A program made the position numbers and the translations under genes. Shown piece by piece: positions 48,746 to 60,615 of a stretch of 64,000 nucleotides of DNA (position 1 is its first letter; the number at the start of each line of letters is the position of its first letter). The stretch covers positions 53,754,001 to 53,818,000 of the forward strand of contig NC_043012.1 in assembly GCF_006345805.1 (NCBI RefSeq), written 5' to 3'. Under the pieces are notes generated by a model. The model was given only the letters and a program-made list of their open reading frames with translations. It was not told where the DNA came from and searched no databases. Source of the stretch: Octopus sinensis. Lineage: Eukaryota.

Positions 48746-49283
48746 GTACCAGAATGTGGCTCTCATGGCTTCTGATCTTAACTGATTGGAAGTGTTATCA
48801 TGTATATTGTTTTGTCTTGGTATAAAAGATGGGCTACAGCAAATATTCTGCTCAATACCACAGATTTGCTTGTCCGTTATTTGACCATAACCAGTTGACC
48901 ATGTCCCTTAGTGGCTGACGATATGTGCATCTCTGGTCACAAGCGGAATTAGTTGGGGAGCATCATAGCCGTGTGTTGAAAGAATTCTTGGAGGTTTGGA
49001 TAATTCACTTTTGGAAATATGGGTGGTTCGTTCAACATCCTTAATCCTTATTCAATGACTTTTTGAGCAGGATAGGCTACTCGACCAGAAGAAAATTCTA
49101 ACTGGGCCCCAACTGCAAGGTCATGCGCTGTTTATCTTGATATGAGATCACGATGTCGTGCTCATTTGGTTGTGATGCATGCGCCTGGTGTACCCTTATC
49201 AGACGAGTAGTCATGATGGGTATACTGGGCTTCGAATACTTTACCCCAGTGTCACTTTGATGGCATGCACTGCTCTCTCACTC
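48745..49283 (+). mobile_element. Non-coding retroelement (family D) with (AAT)n tail
   Basis: No ORF; lies between two (AAT)n tracts and ends GGCATGCACTGCTCTCTCACTC-(AAT)n. Single copy in the window, so family status is inferred. Confidence 0.55.
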
Positions 49284-49341
49284 AATAATAATAATAATAA
49301 TAATGATAATAATAATGATAATAATAATGATAATAATAATG

Positions 49342-49371
<30 letters not shown>

Positions 49372-49374
<3 letters not shown>

Positions 49375-49799
49375 CACACAGATAGAGAAATTAAGGCCAA
49401 CAGACCAGATATAGTTGTCAGAGATCATGAAGAAGAAAAATGCTTTCTAATTGATGTATCAATACCGGCAGATGACAACGTGTCTTTAAAAGAAATGGAG
49501 AAACTTTCAAAATACAAAGACCTGGAAATAGAGGTAACCAGAATGTGGAATCTAAAAACAGAAACAATTCCTATCATAGTAGGTGCATTAGGCATGATAA
49601 AAAAATATTCAGACAAATACATAACAAAAACACCAGGACTTACAAACACATATAACATACAGAAAATTGCACTACTAGGCACTGCACACATCCTACGCAG
49701 AACACTTTCCATACAATAAACATCAGAGCATCACAACAAATCACAGCACATACCTAAGGTACATTGAAGTGAAAGCACGCTATAAAAATAAAACTACTG
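49372..49799 (+). mobile_element. R4/Dong-clade LINE 3' end, subfamily a, copy 2 (REL domain open to stop at 49719)
   Basis: HTDREIKANRPDIVVRDHEEEKCFLIDVSIP...KLSKYKDL: RPD..D..K..KY REL motif; 5'-truncated within (AAT)n. Confidence 0.92.
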
Positions 49800-49825
49800 A
49801 ATGATAATAATAATAATAATAATCA

Positions 49826-50875
49826 ATTCTTTTTTATTGGCCACAAGGGCTGACACGCATGATTACATAAAGGGACAAGACAGGACGAAAGGTTACAAAG
49901 GGTTTTGTCCGTTTGTTAAAAAAATCCGTGTAAAAAACTTTAAAGCAATGATTATTAAAAACAATGAAAAACTCCCAAAAGGGGGAGACGTCTCGAAATG
50001 TTCCCGGTGGAAAAAAACCCTACAAAAGCCAACGGGAGCCTGGTCAAAAAAAGGGGGTGTAGAGAGTCCCCTTTCTTCTCCTTTTACATTACCTTTTTCT
50101 TTGAAATCACAGGCGAAACCTGAGAACTGGTCCATTTATACAGGCCAGTCTCGCACAATTCACCCACCTTTCATAAAACTTGCTATCGGACAGCACTTTC
50201 CTCTCTAACCTCATCTTCCTTTTCAAGTGAAACTTGAAAAAGTTGATGAGGCCTTGACCAAAGAGGAAAGTGTCTGACTTTAGCCCTTTCAAACGAGTCC
50301 ACCACACGACTTCTTTCGCCACAGCCACAAGGCACAAGAAAACGGCCTCGCCCTCCTTGTTAAAGGAGGTCGGCGGGGCAATCTTCACTATGGATTCGGC
50401 CGATAGTCGGATCCGTCCTACACGTGACAGTAGCTGTTCGACATAAACCCATATTTCAGCAATACTCGGGCACTGGACGAGTGCGTGCAGAACGGTTTCG
50501 TCGTCCTGGCAACACCTCGGGCAGGCCCGGCTGACGGCACTTCCGTGCCGGTAGAGTTTATCTCGAACAGGCAGAGCCCCTCGGTAGCACTGCCAGGCGA
50601 GAGACCTCTGAAATTATCCATCGGCCCCGGCCCGAAAGTCCTCCCGAACAGACCGCTCAGTTCGTCGTCTTCAACGCCTAGAGTTTCCCCGAGAACGTCG
50701 TCGCATTTTTCCTCCACTAACCCTCTATAGAACGCTAGAGTGGAGCTGTAACCGACCGCATTGCCCGCCTGGTGGAGGGCGGAGAGGGCTTGACGGCACT
50801 CGAGGTGCCAAGCGCCCTTTCTCGGTCTACGTTTGATCCAGGTCTGCAGCTCCGTCAAAGAGACGAGCTGCGGAA
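49826..50875 (-). mobile_element. Tx1/L1-clade LINE 3' end (ORF2 zf-RVT region, stop at 50107, 3' UTR)
   Basis: After one frameshift reads RSLAWQCYRGALPVRDKLYRHGSAVSRACPRCCQDDETVLHALVQCP...LVAVAKEVVWWTR...ERWVNCAR, i.e. the CxxC...HxxxxC L1/Tx1 zinc knuckle. Confidence 0.88.
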
Positions 50876-51559
50876 AATAATAATAATAATAATAATAATC
50901 TTTTGTATTAAAGGCACAAGAACTGAAATTCCTCGGCAGAATTTAAACTGGCTAAGAAAGGGAAGACAAACGAAATGCTCTCTAAGCAGTTTGCCAGGCG
51001 TGCTAACAATTTCGCCAGCTCACCATAATAATAATAGTAATAATAATAATAATAATAATCTTTTATTTATTATAAAGAATTCGAAGAAATACAATGAAAT
51101 ACAATATCCGTTGAACCTGAGACTTAGAAATCCGTGTGGGGCGGGACAAACGAGTTATATGATGAGGGAAGGGAAGTTGAAATACATTATATAGTTGAAA
51201 TGGAGACATGTTCAAAATGCATAAGAACACTCTTGTAATTACATGGAAAAATATGAAATCAGTATAATAGAAATACTCAATAATTAACACAAGATGTTGT
51301 TTAATTAATTAATAAAACACGAAAAAGCAGTTAATGTTTTTTCTTCAATATATGGGTGAGGAATAACTGGGTAGGTCAGGTTAGAAAACCCTACGTCTCT
51401 ACCCGCCTGTTGTCACAAGCGCTGCAGTCTCGTGCACCCGAAAGTACTCGCTAACATTTTGTGGTGGGGATGGGTTGACTTAAGCGAGACAGCAACCCAC
51501 GTATTCGAAAAATGCCCTCTTTCTGTACATTGCAGTATTTCTCTATTATTCTTTATTCT

Positions 51560-51750
51560 TTTACATATTTCAGTCTTTTAGCCGCAGCCACGCTGGAGCA
51601 CTGCCTTAAAGGACTTATTCTTTGTAAGCCTGGTACTAATTCTATCGGGCTCTTTTGCCGAACCGCTAAGTTACAGGAAAGAAAACACACAAACATCGGT
51701 TGTCAAGCGATGTTGGGGGACAAACATAGACACAAAGATACACACACACA
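51560..51750 (-). mobile_element. SINE family A 3' half
   Basis: Reverse-complement CTTTTGCCGAACCGCTAAGTTAC...CATCGGTTGTCAAGCGATG. Confidence 0.85.
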
Positions 51751-52106
51751 CACACACACACACAAATATATATATATATATAATATATATATATTATATA
51801 TATATATATATATATACATATACCTGAATACCTCACCCTATGTCGTTAATTTGTTCCAGGAGAAACGACATAAGTCGAATTAACTTGTCTCTTAGCTAGG
51901 CTAGGCCGAATTTATTTGTCTTTTAGCTAAACCGATAATAACCATTTCCAGTTTTGTACTCTATCTATGAATGCATTTTCCAAAATTAATGGTTAATAAA
52001 AACCTTTTTTAAGCTTAAAAAACAAATTCCGTAATTATTATTTTGCAATAGTAAAAAAACTAAATTATTTTTAATTCACCAGTACGTTCATACAATTTGG
52101 TAGTTT

Positions 52107-53786
52107 ACATCGCGGATGTAGATGGCTGTGGATCGTCCACATCAATAACTGACTCTGGCTGTTCTTGGTCGATGCGCTTAAAAATACCAGTTGAGAGTTC
52201 CTTGAACTGTCTTCTTTTCCTCAGGGATTACATTATAAGGAGCAAAACTTCGTTACAAGCCCCATAATCGTGGAAAAGCGTTGAGCATTTGGATCCATAT
52301 TCTCGAATATAGAAAGACCTTTTTTAGATATATGCAAATGCTTGCTGTATTTTCTTAATTGTAAAGTGACGTGGCTCAGGTTCGACTTCCTCTTCTTATT
52401 TACTCTGCTGCTCGTGAAGCTCTGTGAAATCATAGTTCGTCAAGGGTTGTTTGTCTTTTTCAAACAAATCTGTGAAATCGTCCTCCTCCAAATCCATTTC
52501 CAGTTCTTTGCTCGTAGTCACCAACGTTTTGTCGATGGCAACATTATCAAACCCCTTTAAATCATTCACGAATTGCAGGAAAAGCTTGGTCCATACACCA
52601 TTCATAGTTGTGCTCTGTACATTATTCTCTGACGCTACTATGCTCTGTACAGCCTTGTAGATATCGTATCTCTTTCAAAAGTCACAAAGTGTGACGGACT
52701 CAAGATCAGTTGCAGCTATTGCTTGCCGAAGCGTACGCTTCATATAGTAACGCTTGAAGATAGCAATTATTTCCTGATCCATTGACTGCAGAAGAGACGT
52801 GGTGCTTGGAGGAAGGTATACGACGGTAATGTTGGGGTTCAAAATCTACGGTGTTTTGCGGGTGGCCAGGAGCATTACCTAAGATAAGTAAAACCTTAAA
52901 AGGAATTCCCTTCTCCTTGCAGTACTTCTCTGCTGCTGGGAGAAAGTGATTGAAGAACCAATCTTCAAAAACAATGACAATAATGCTTTCGAATTAGCCA
53001 TCTATATAACAGGGAGAGATGCCTTGGGTATGTTTTTCAGTGCACGGGAGTTGTGTACATGACACACAAACAATTGTTTTAACTTAAAATCTTCTGCACA
53101 GTTATCTCCCAACTTAATGGCCACACGTTCTTTTGAGACCTTGTAGCGTGGAATAATAGTTTTCTTCTCCTTGGAAACGAATGAACAGTCAGGCAATTCT
53201 TTCTTATAAAATCCAGCTTCGTCTACGTTAAAAATCTGTTCGGGAAGAAACCCGTTTCCTTCGATGATTTTCTTTAATGAATTAGGAAATTTCGTTATTG
53301 CTTGTTCGTCATCTGATGCACTTTCACCTTGCTTCTTAATGGTGTGATAACTTCTTCGCTCATTAAATCTCATGAACCATCCTTAACTTGCTTTGAACTC
53401 TACATCTTTCTCATCTGGATATGTTTTTTCAGGTCTTCAAACAAAGACAATGCTTTCTCTTTAATGATTTCTTGACTAATACTAGCGCGCTGACTATTCA
53501 ACCTAACAATCCAAAGAGAAAGAAGGCTTTCTATTTCTTCAAAGATTTTGCCTCTTTTCTTAATGATGAGAGTTTTCTTTATCCCTGGAGCTTCAGATTT
53601 GATATGTGCTAAAATCTTATCCTTATGATGTACAATCGTCAATACAGTTGTCCGACTCATCCCAAAAGATCGTGCAATTGCTACCACTTCTTCACCTTAT
53701 TCATGGCGTTTTATCATAGCCAGTTTATCTTCCAGCGTTATAGCATGACGCTTAGCGCTTTCACTATGAATTTTCTTATGAGCCAT
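52107..53786 (-). pseudogene. Decayed Tigger/pogo (TIGD1-like) transposase: CENP-B HTH plus DDE_1; element about 51823-54259
   Basis: KRHAITLEDKLAMIKRHE; SLLSLWIVRLNSQRASISQEIIKEKALSLFEDL; GFLPEQIFNVDEAGFYKK; MNGVWTKL...; multiple frameshifts. Right end CAGGCATG flanked by TA at 54260; TIR match is weak. Confidence 0.88.
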
Positions 53787-54259
53787 GGGTGGGGCAAAAA
53801 ATAAAATCACAAATGAATGAGAATGTAACCGATAAACAGACGTAAACAAATCTGAATTCAAAACAATCGCGAGAACCACGAGTGACAACGACGCTTAACG
53901 CTAGATATTGGAACTACGATGCAATATGAGTTCAGAAAGACCGATAAATAAGTCAACACAGCTGATTTCAAGATTTCGTTCACAAAGCTACACTACTTTA
54001 TGGTGTGTATCTTAACATTTACTGAACGTATTTTAATATGGTTTTATATGCTTTTATTCTTATTTATTGTACGGTAACATGATTTTGTGTTTTTAACGGT
54101 GTTCAGGTGATTTTACGATTCCAGTATTTATGCGGGACAGACATAAAAGTCGAATAAAAAGACTTAACTTGATTTTTATTTTTCAATATATTATTGTTGA
54201 AAACCGACGTATAATCGAAAACGACTTAAATAAATACAACCTAAGTAGAAGCATGCCTG

Positions 54260-54271
54260 TATATATATACA

Positions 54272-54307
<36 letters not shown>

Positions 54308-54455
54308 TGTATGTATGTATTATACATATATGTATGTATGTATGTATGTATGTATTATACATATATGTATGTATGTATGTATTATACATATATATATGTA
54401 TGTATGTATTATACATATATGTATGTATGTACGTATTATACATATATGTATGTAT
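54260..54455. repeat. (TATG)n/TATTATACATA minisatellite
   Basis: Direct reading. Confidence 0.92.
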
Positions 54456-54869
54456 ATACGACGGGCTTCTTTCAGTTTCTGTCTACCAAATCCACTCACA
54501 AGGCTTTGGTCGGTCCGATGCTTTAGTAGAAGACACTTATCGAAGGCACCACACACTGAGACTAGACATTCTGTTTTTCATGTGCCTCCTATATTCTAAA
54601 TCTAACTGGCTCTCAGCATGTCTGCTATACACCTTACACGACAAATATATGGCCGTGTCTCTTAAATGTTGGTTGGATTATTCTGAAGAACGGTGAATTT
54701 AATACATCGTCCTTCTGATAAGTTTTCATTTTTTGATCTGAGAAAGGACAACATTTTATAATTCTGAGGAGAGGTTTCAGCACAGTTGTGAAGTGGGGTG
54801 TCATTGTTGATGGAGTCGTTACCAAGGAGCTGGATCTGTGGACCTTCGCTACAACACATTGAAGAGGCG

Positions 54870-55345
54870 CGAAGGCGATATTCTAACAGCCTAGTCCCAG
54901 AAGAATCACTTGACAAAGGCAAAAAGCTCCTGAACAGGCTGAGACATTCTGCTAAGCCGGGGGCAATCTAGTTCTTCTGAGATGAAAAGAACTTAAGCCA
55001 AAACCTGTTGCAAAACACCCAAAATAGGTGACTTGTCTAAAATCCATGTGCTGCCCCACGTATTATGAAAATCAAGTTTTCTCAAACTGTGATAGTCTAT
55101 AGAGACGTTATGCCGACCAACGTCTTTGAACAGGATCTTAAGTTCAATTCGGACAGCTATGTGAAACCGCTGGAGAGAGGGTCAAACCCTAGCTGGAGAG
55201 GGTTGTTGCAGGAAGGCCATGTGTATGACGACAGGAATTAGTTACTTGCCATACCTCCAAAAAGAGTCAGGGGTGGTTATTGAAGAATTTCTATGACTTC
55301 ACAGGCACTAATTTTTGGCCTCCTAAATCCCCTGATTGTAATCTT
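54870..55345 (+). pseudogene. Decayed maT/DD37D (Bmmar1-like) transposase fragment
   Basis: Pieces FF*DEKN, IMKIKFSQTV, DVMP, VVAGRP, CHTSKKSQGWLLKNFYDFTGTNFWPPKSPDCN across frameshifts. Confidence 0.78.
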
Positions 55346-55399
55346 AGCTGAAGGCGGCTACTTTGGGAAAACCGTTATCTCCTAGTTGTAAACTACTTG

Positions 55400-55437
<38 letters not shown>

Positions 55438-55547
55438 ATACAGACACACACATATATATATATATACACACACATATAGACATACACACACGTATGCATA
55501 CATAATACAAATAATATGTGTGGCTTATATATATGTATATATATATA

Positions 55548-56502
55548 AAGAGTTGGACAAAATCATGGAAACACCTACCATCACAGCCTTATAATTTTGA
55601 AGTATTTATAAAACCATTGAAAACTTATTTATTTTTATGCTTTTTTATCTATTATTAGTGTTGCTTAATATGTTTTGCCAACATTGATGTTTCTTTTCAG
55701 ATATCATTAGAAAAAGGTAATTAAATTTCATTAAAATGACAGATATATCGGACTTTCAAAGTGGTCGAATTGTTGGTACTTGTATGGCAGGCGCTAGCGT
55801 AACAAAAACCGCTGAAATGTCTGGTATATCAAGAAGTACTGTCTCGAAAATAATGACAGCCTTTGAGAAAGAGGGATAAACCTTCTCGTCGAAACGAAAC
55901 TCCAGAAGAAAACCACAACTTTCAGATAGGGACCGTCAGACTCTTACGCGAATTGTTAGGAAGGATTACAAAAGTACAGCTCCCAAAATTACTGTAGAGC
56001 TTAAAGATCACATCGAGAACCCAGTTTCCACAAAAACTGTACGCTGGGAGCTGCGCAAAGCCGGATTTCACGCGAGAGCTGCAATTAGAAAACCACTGCT
56101 TTCAAAAACAAACTTTGCAAAACATTTAGAGTGGAGTAACAGACCTACAGAATTGGTCACTAGAGCAGTGGAAGAATGTTATTGTCTCCTTTACCTTATT
56201 TCCGACCACCGGCAGAGTATACGTGTGGAGATAGCCAAAAGAAGCATTTGACTCAGACTGCATTCTTACAACTGTTAAACATGGAGAAGGATATGTGATG
56301 ATCTGGCGGAGCTATATCTTGTAAATCCACTGGACCAATGGTTTCCCTTCGTGGCAGAATTAATAGTCAAGACTATTTAACCATTTTATCTGATCAAATT
56401 CATCCTATGGTTGCGGAATTGTTTTCGGAGGGAAACGAATCTTTCAGGGTGATAATGCACTAATTCACACAGCTAAAGTTGTTACTGAATGGCACGAGGA
56501 AC
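55548..56502 (+). mobile_element. Tc1-family transposon, 3'-truncated, decayed ORF from 55736
   Basis: TA plus TIR AGAGTTGGACAAAATCATGGAAACAC; MTDISDFQSGRIVGTCMAGASVTKTAEMSGISRSTVSKIM...KTVRWELRKAGFH.RAAIRKPLL...FQGDNALIHTAKVVTEW. Confidence 0.9.
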
Positions 56503-56585
56503 GGCAGTATTCGTCCTATTTTCCTGAACTGAAATGTTAGCTTGGCGATAACTATTAAGATATATATATATATGCACACACACAT

Positions 56586-56618
<33 letters not shown>

Positions 56619-56647
56619 CATATACACACACACATATACACACACAC

Positions 56648-56707
<60 letters not shown>

Positions 56708-56711
<4 letters not shown>

Positions 56712-56913
56712 ATTCAAACATGAAAACACGAAGAGAAAACACAACAACGCGAGGACATGGAACAAATATAGTATTATTGGACGCTCAGGATGGAAGGGAA
56801 GAAGGAAAGTCTTACGTTCCGAGCGGAGCTCTTCGGCAGAAACATAGGTAAAGGAAAGATCCAGAGAAGGGAAGACGGAGGGAAAAAATCTCCAACGGTA
56901 CACACGCGGTCAC

Positions 56914-56920
<7 letters not shown>
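56708..56920 (-). mobile_element. Penelope-like LTR remnant with degenerate hammerhead (56809-56842)
   Basis: Minus strand GTTT-CTGCCGA-A-GAGC TCC GCTC-GGAAC-GT-A-AGAC, between two (TA)n tracts. Confidence 0.68.
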
Positions 56921-56970
<50 letters not shown>

Positions 56971-58340
56971 TATACACATTACAGGGAGCAAAATATCGTC
57001 CCGACAGCGGCTACTCAAACGCCAGATATGTTTCGACTCTATTAGGCCTGGTGAATACTGTGTACGCGCGGCGAGCACCATACCTACTCGAGATTTGTCG
57101 CCTCCGATATAGTAAATAAGACATTCACCGATGCTGTGAATAAGCGCCATACTGAATAAATAATACAGTGTACGCAAAATGAATCAGTATTAAATTAAAG
57201 TAGCAGTATTAAATTAAAATATTAAATTAAAATAGTATTAAATTAAAATAGCTAAGCAGGCGGTTGTTTGAGAATATATGCCGTTGGTAAAGCCTAACAA
57301 GGCTGAAATAGATGAAGTGCTCTCGCTAGCCGTTGCGGAGACGGTTTTTCATCTCCGTCCGATGTATATTGGGTTTTTAAAACAACAAAACAACACGTCA
57401 GCTAGAAGTTTCATCTCGGACGAAAACCAATGTGATTTGCCTGTCAATGGTGTATAAATTATGATACATTGATGGTTATATTTATTTGATACTACCCCTA
57501 ATGCGTATATCAGATAATAAATACCCTTTTCTTTACTGGAGCTAGCATAGTGTAATTTAGATAGATTAGACAGTTATTTGCAGGATTTCCATCAATGATG
57601 TGTTAAGTCTCCTTCGTAGGCTTTCATCGTTTAGTTTCATTTGACTAGTCAAAAGGATTGGAACTCATAGTAAATAATAAGAACCTGGCTCCCTTCAAAT
57701 CTGCCAACTCAGTGACCCTCAAGACAATAAACATAGTGGTACCTTGTTGAGAACCATCAAAGGGTTCGTCATCGTCCAATTGGAAAATAGAACTTTGTGT
57801 CATTTATAACTTCTTCAGTGTATTAAAAACGGAGATGAAAATGTAAACACTTAGCTGAGAATTGAAACCGTATCACAGATTCTCAGTTCGCCAGGAACTA
57901 TCACCTTACGAAATTTTACTGATGAACATGGCTGTTCGTAAAGAAAGTGCCAAAACATAAGCCGATAAATTATTTCGTTTGCATCATCGAGCGGAGAACC
58001 CCCATCACACAAATCCGTAGCTATGTCACTACAAACTTGTACAGTTTTATAGTACAGAGCAAAGCTTTGTTGCTTGCAGTAGCACTCTCTAGCCCCACCC
58101 CTTCATGTACTGACAATGGTATAACACATTAACGCATAAACATTTAGTCAGCTGTTTTCCAAGTACGGGCTTTAGAAAAAATAAAATAAAGAAGGGGAAA
58201 AGGCGGGAGATAGAATCGAACTCATGGGTGCAGCACTTAATGAAACGGGGGACGGTAAACAAAGGTATTATACATTGGCGAAAGAATACGAATGATAATC
58301 AGATTTAAATGTCGAGCGCAACACCAACCAGTTACAAGTA

Positions 58341-58357
58341 AATATATATATAAGCGC

Positions 58358-58393
<36 letters not shown>

Positions 58394-58398
58394 AGCGC

Positions 58399-58437
<39 letters not shown>

Positions 58438-58440
58438 CGC

Positions 58441-58471
<31 letters not shown>

Positions 58472-58655
58472 AGCGCATGTATATATATATAAGCGCATGT
58501 ATATATATATAAGCACATGTATATATATATATATAGCACACGTATATATATATATAAGCACACGTATATATATATATAAGCACACGTATATATATATATA
58601 TATAAGCACACGTATATATATATATAAGCACACGTATATATATATATAAGCACAC

Positions 58656-58692
<37 letters not shown>

Positions 58693-58783
58693 CACACGTG
58701 TATATATATATAATATATAAGCACACGTGTATATAATATATATATATAAGCACACGTGTATATATATATATATAGCACACGTG

Positions 58784-58815
<32 letters not shown>

Positions 58816-58858
58816 TATAAGCACACGTGTATATATAATATATATATATAAGCACACG

Positions 58859-58902
<44 letters not shown>

Positions 58903-58909
58903 AGCACAC

Positions 58910-58940
<31 letters not shown>

Positions 58941-58973
58941 AGCACACGTGTATATATATATATATAAGCACAC

Positions 58974-59010
<37 letters not shown>

Positions 59011-59191
59011 CACACGTGTATATATATATATATATATATAAGCACACGTATTATATATATATATATATATTATATATATATATATATATAAGCACACGGA
59101 TATATATATATATATATATAAGCACACGATATATATATATATATATATAAGCACACGTATATATATATATATATATATATATAAGCACACG

Positions 59192-59220
<29 letters not shown>
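58341..59220. repeat. Compound minisatellite (TA)n-AAGC(G/A)CA(T/C)G(TG), about 27 units
   Basis: Direct reading; source of the 237-317 aa YIYI ORFs. Confidence 0.95.
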
Positions 59221-59222
<2 letters not shown>

Positions 59223-59409
59223 GTGTGTGAGAATTTGTGTGTGCACTAGAGGGGAGAGAGGACGCAAGAGAATGTAACTGGTAATGATATCATTGGTGGG
59301 TAGCTAAGTATTAGAAGGAGAAAGAAGAAAAAATATTCAACTCTACAGGATCACTCAGTTTAGTGCTAGCAAACAAAATTATTCTCCTCCACATTCACTC
59401 CTTACTGCT

Positions 59410-59460
59410 ATGTGGTTGTACTTAAGTGTCTTACTGCTTTCGGGACTAACGTCTGCAAAG
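59410..59460 (+). CDS. Candidate first coding exon of a secreted protein: signal peptide MWLYLSVLLLSGLTSA-K
   Basis: Hydrophobic core and T-S-A cleavage motif; AAG/GTTTGT donor at 59461 (phase 0); upstream CTCTACAG acceptor (59348) and TCAGTT initiator-like motif (59355-59360). Confidence 0.5.
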
Positions 59461-60404
59461 GTTTGTAACGTATCTATACTTTCCATCAACCTATACTGTT
59501 CTTAATAAATGTCGTTGATTCTCATGTAAAATGTTAAACTATATCAAAACTTGAATAGAAAAATATATACAATTATAGAGATGTATATGCACTGAACATT
59601 TTCTGCTAACATATTTTTATGTATTATTTTCATACGTTGCTTTTTTAAATTAGAAAACCGCATGTCCTTCTCGCTTACATGATTCGCATGTAAATAAATA
59701 GATGCACATAAATAAAGACACTGTATATGTAAACACACACAGTCACTATACATTTGAACATAAAAAAACAGGTTACATCTAAACATGTTCGAATTTCTGC
59801 TTACTTCCACTAAGCTAGAGACAAATTAAGCTCTTAATTAATTATAAAACACTTCAAAATGATGAGTATTTAAAATATCCTGCTTTATTAAGCAAGTATT
59901 TTTATGTGATATTTAAATTTTTTTTTCTTTTCAATATACTTGTCTTCTAATTTCGTCTTTGAGTTTTGCGGAAAATCCTCTAATTTAGTAAATGCATAAT
60001 AATCAAGGTGTACTCGCACGTATGGTTATTGAAATCTTGTATATTATTGAGTAAGCATTGATTGAAAAATAATTATTTGAAAGTAGTAGGAATTGATTTA
60101 GAATATTTGTATTTTATTTCACTTTCGTACATGAATATTATTAATTTCAGGAAAATTTTATCTCTGTCAACTGCATTTCAGCAACTCCTACGCTGCTATG
60201 CAACCGGTTAGAAACATCAGCCAAATGTTCTTCAAATCACAAGGGGTTAAAATAAAATAAAATAGGGTTTACATCGGATGACGTTGTCTTACATAGACTA
60301 TACCTTACAACCTGACAGAAAAGCCACGACGTGAAATCCTTTTATTATAAGTTTTCTCAGTGAAGGCCTTCATGTGACAAGGCCATAACAATAGATTGTA
60401 AAGC

Positions 60405-60615
60405 GGCGAGGCTGGCAAAAGGGGTCAACACACCGGGCAAACTCCTTAGCGACATTTCGTCCGTCTTAACATTCTGAGTTCAAATTCCGCTAAGGTCTAT
60501 TTTGTCTTTCAACCTTCCAGAGTCGATCATATAAGTACCAGTTGACCACAGGGGTCGATTTAATCTACTTACCTCCTTCCCGAAATTGCTGGCCTTTCGC
60601 TAAAATTTCAAACCA
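60405..60615 (+). mobile_element. SINE family B1, old
   Basis: AAAGCGGCGAGGCTGGCAAAA head through the GAAATTGCTGGCC tail. Confidence 0.75.

Noticed and set aside
52107-53786. Domesticated TIGD/CENP-B-like host gene
   Set aside because: At least four frameshifts and internal stops; transposon-like ends are still present.
58237-59190. Longest ORFs in the track (317, 259 and 237 aa), plus similar YIYI/HTHT/CVCV ORFs at 10.3-11.3, 17.6-18.8, 24.2-24.6, 32.3-33.0, 35.2-36.6, 54.1-54.7 and 56.4-57.1 kb
   Set aside because: These are translations of (TA)n/(CA)n/(TATG)n repeats that lack stops by composition; they are not genes.
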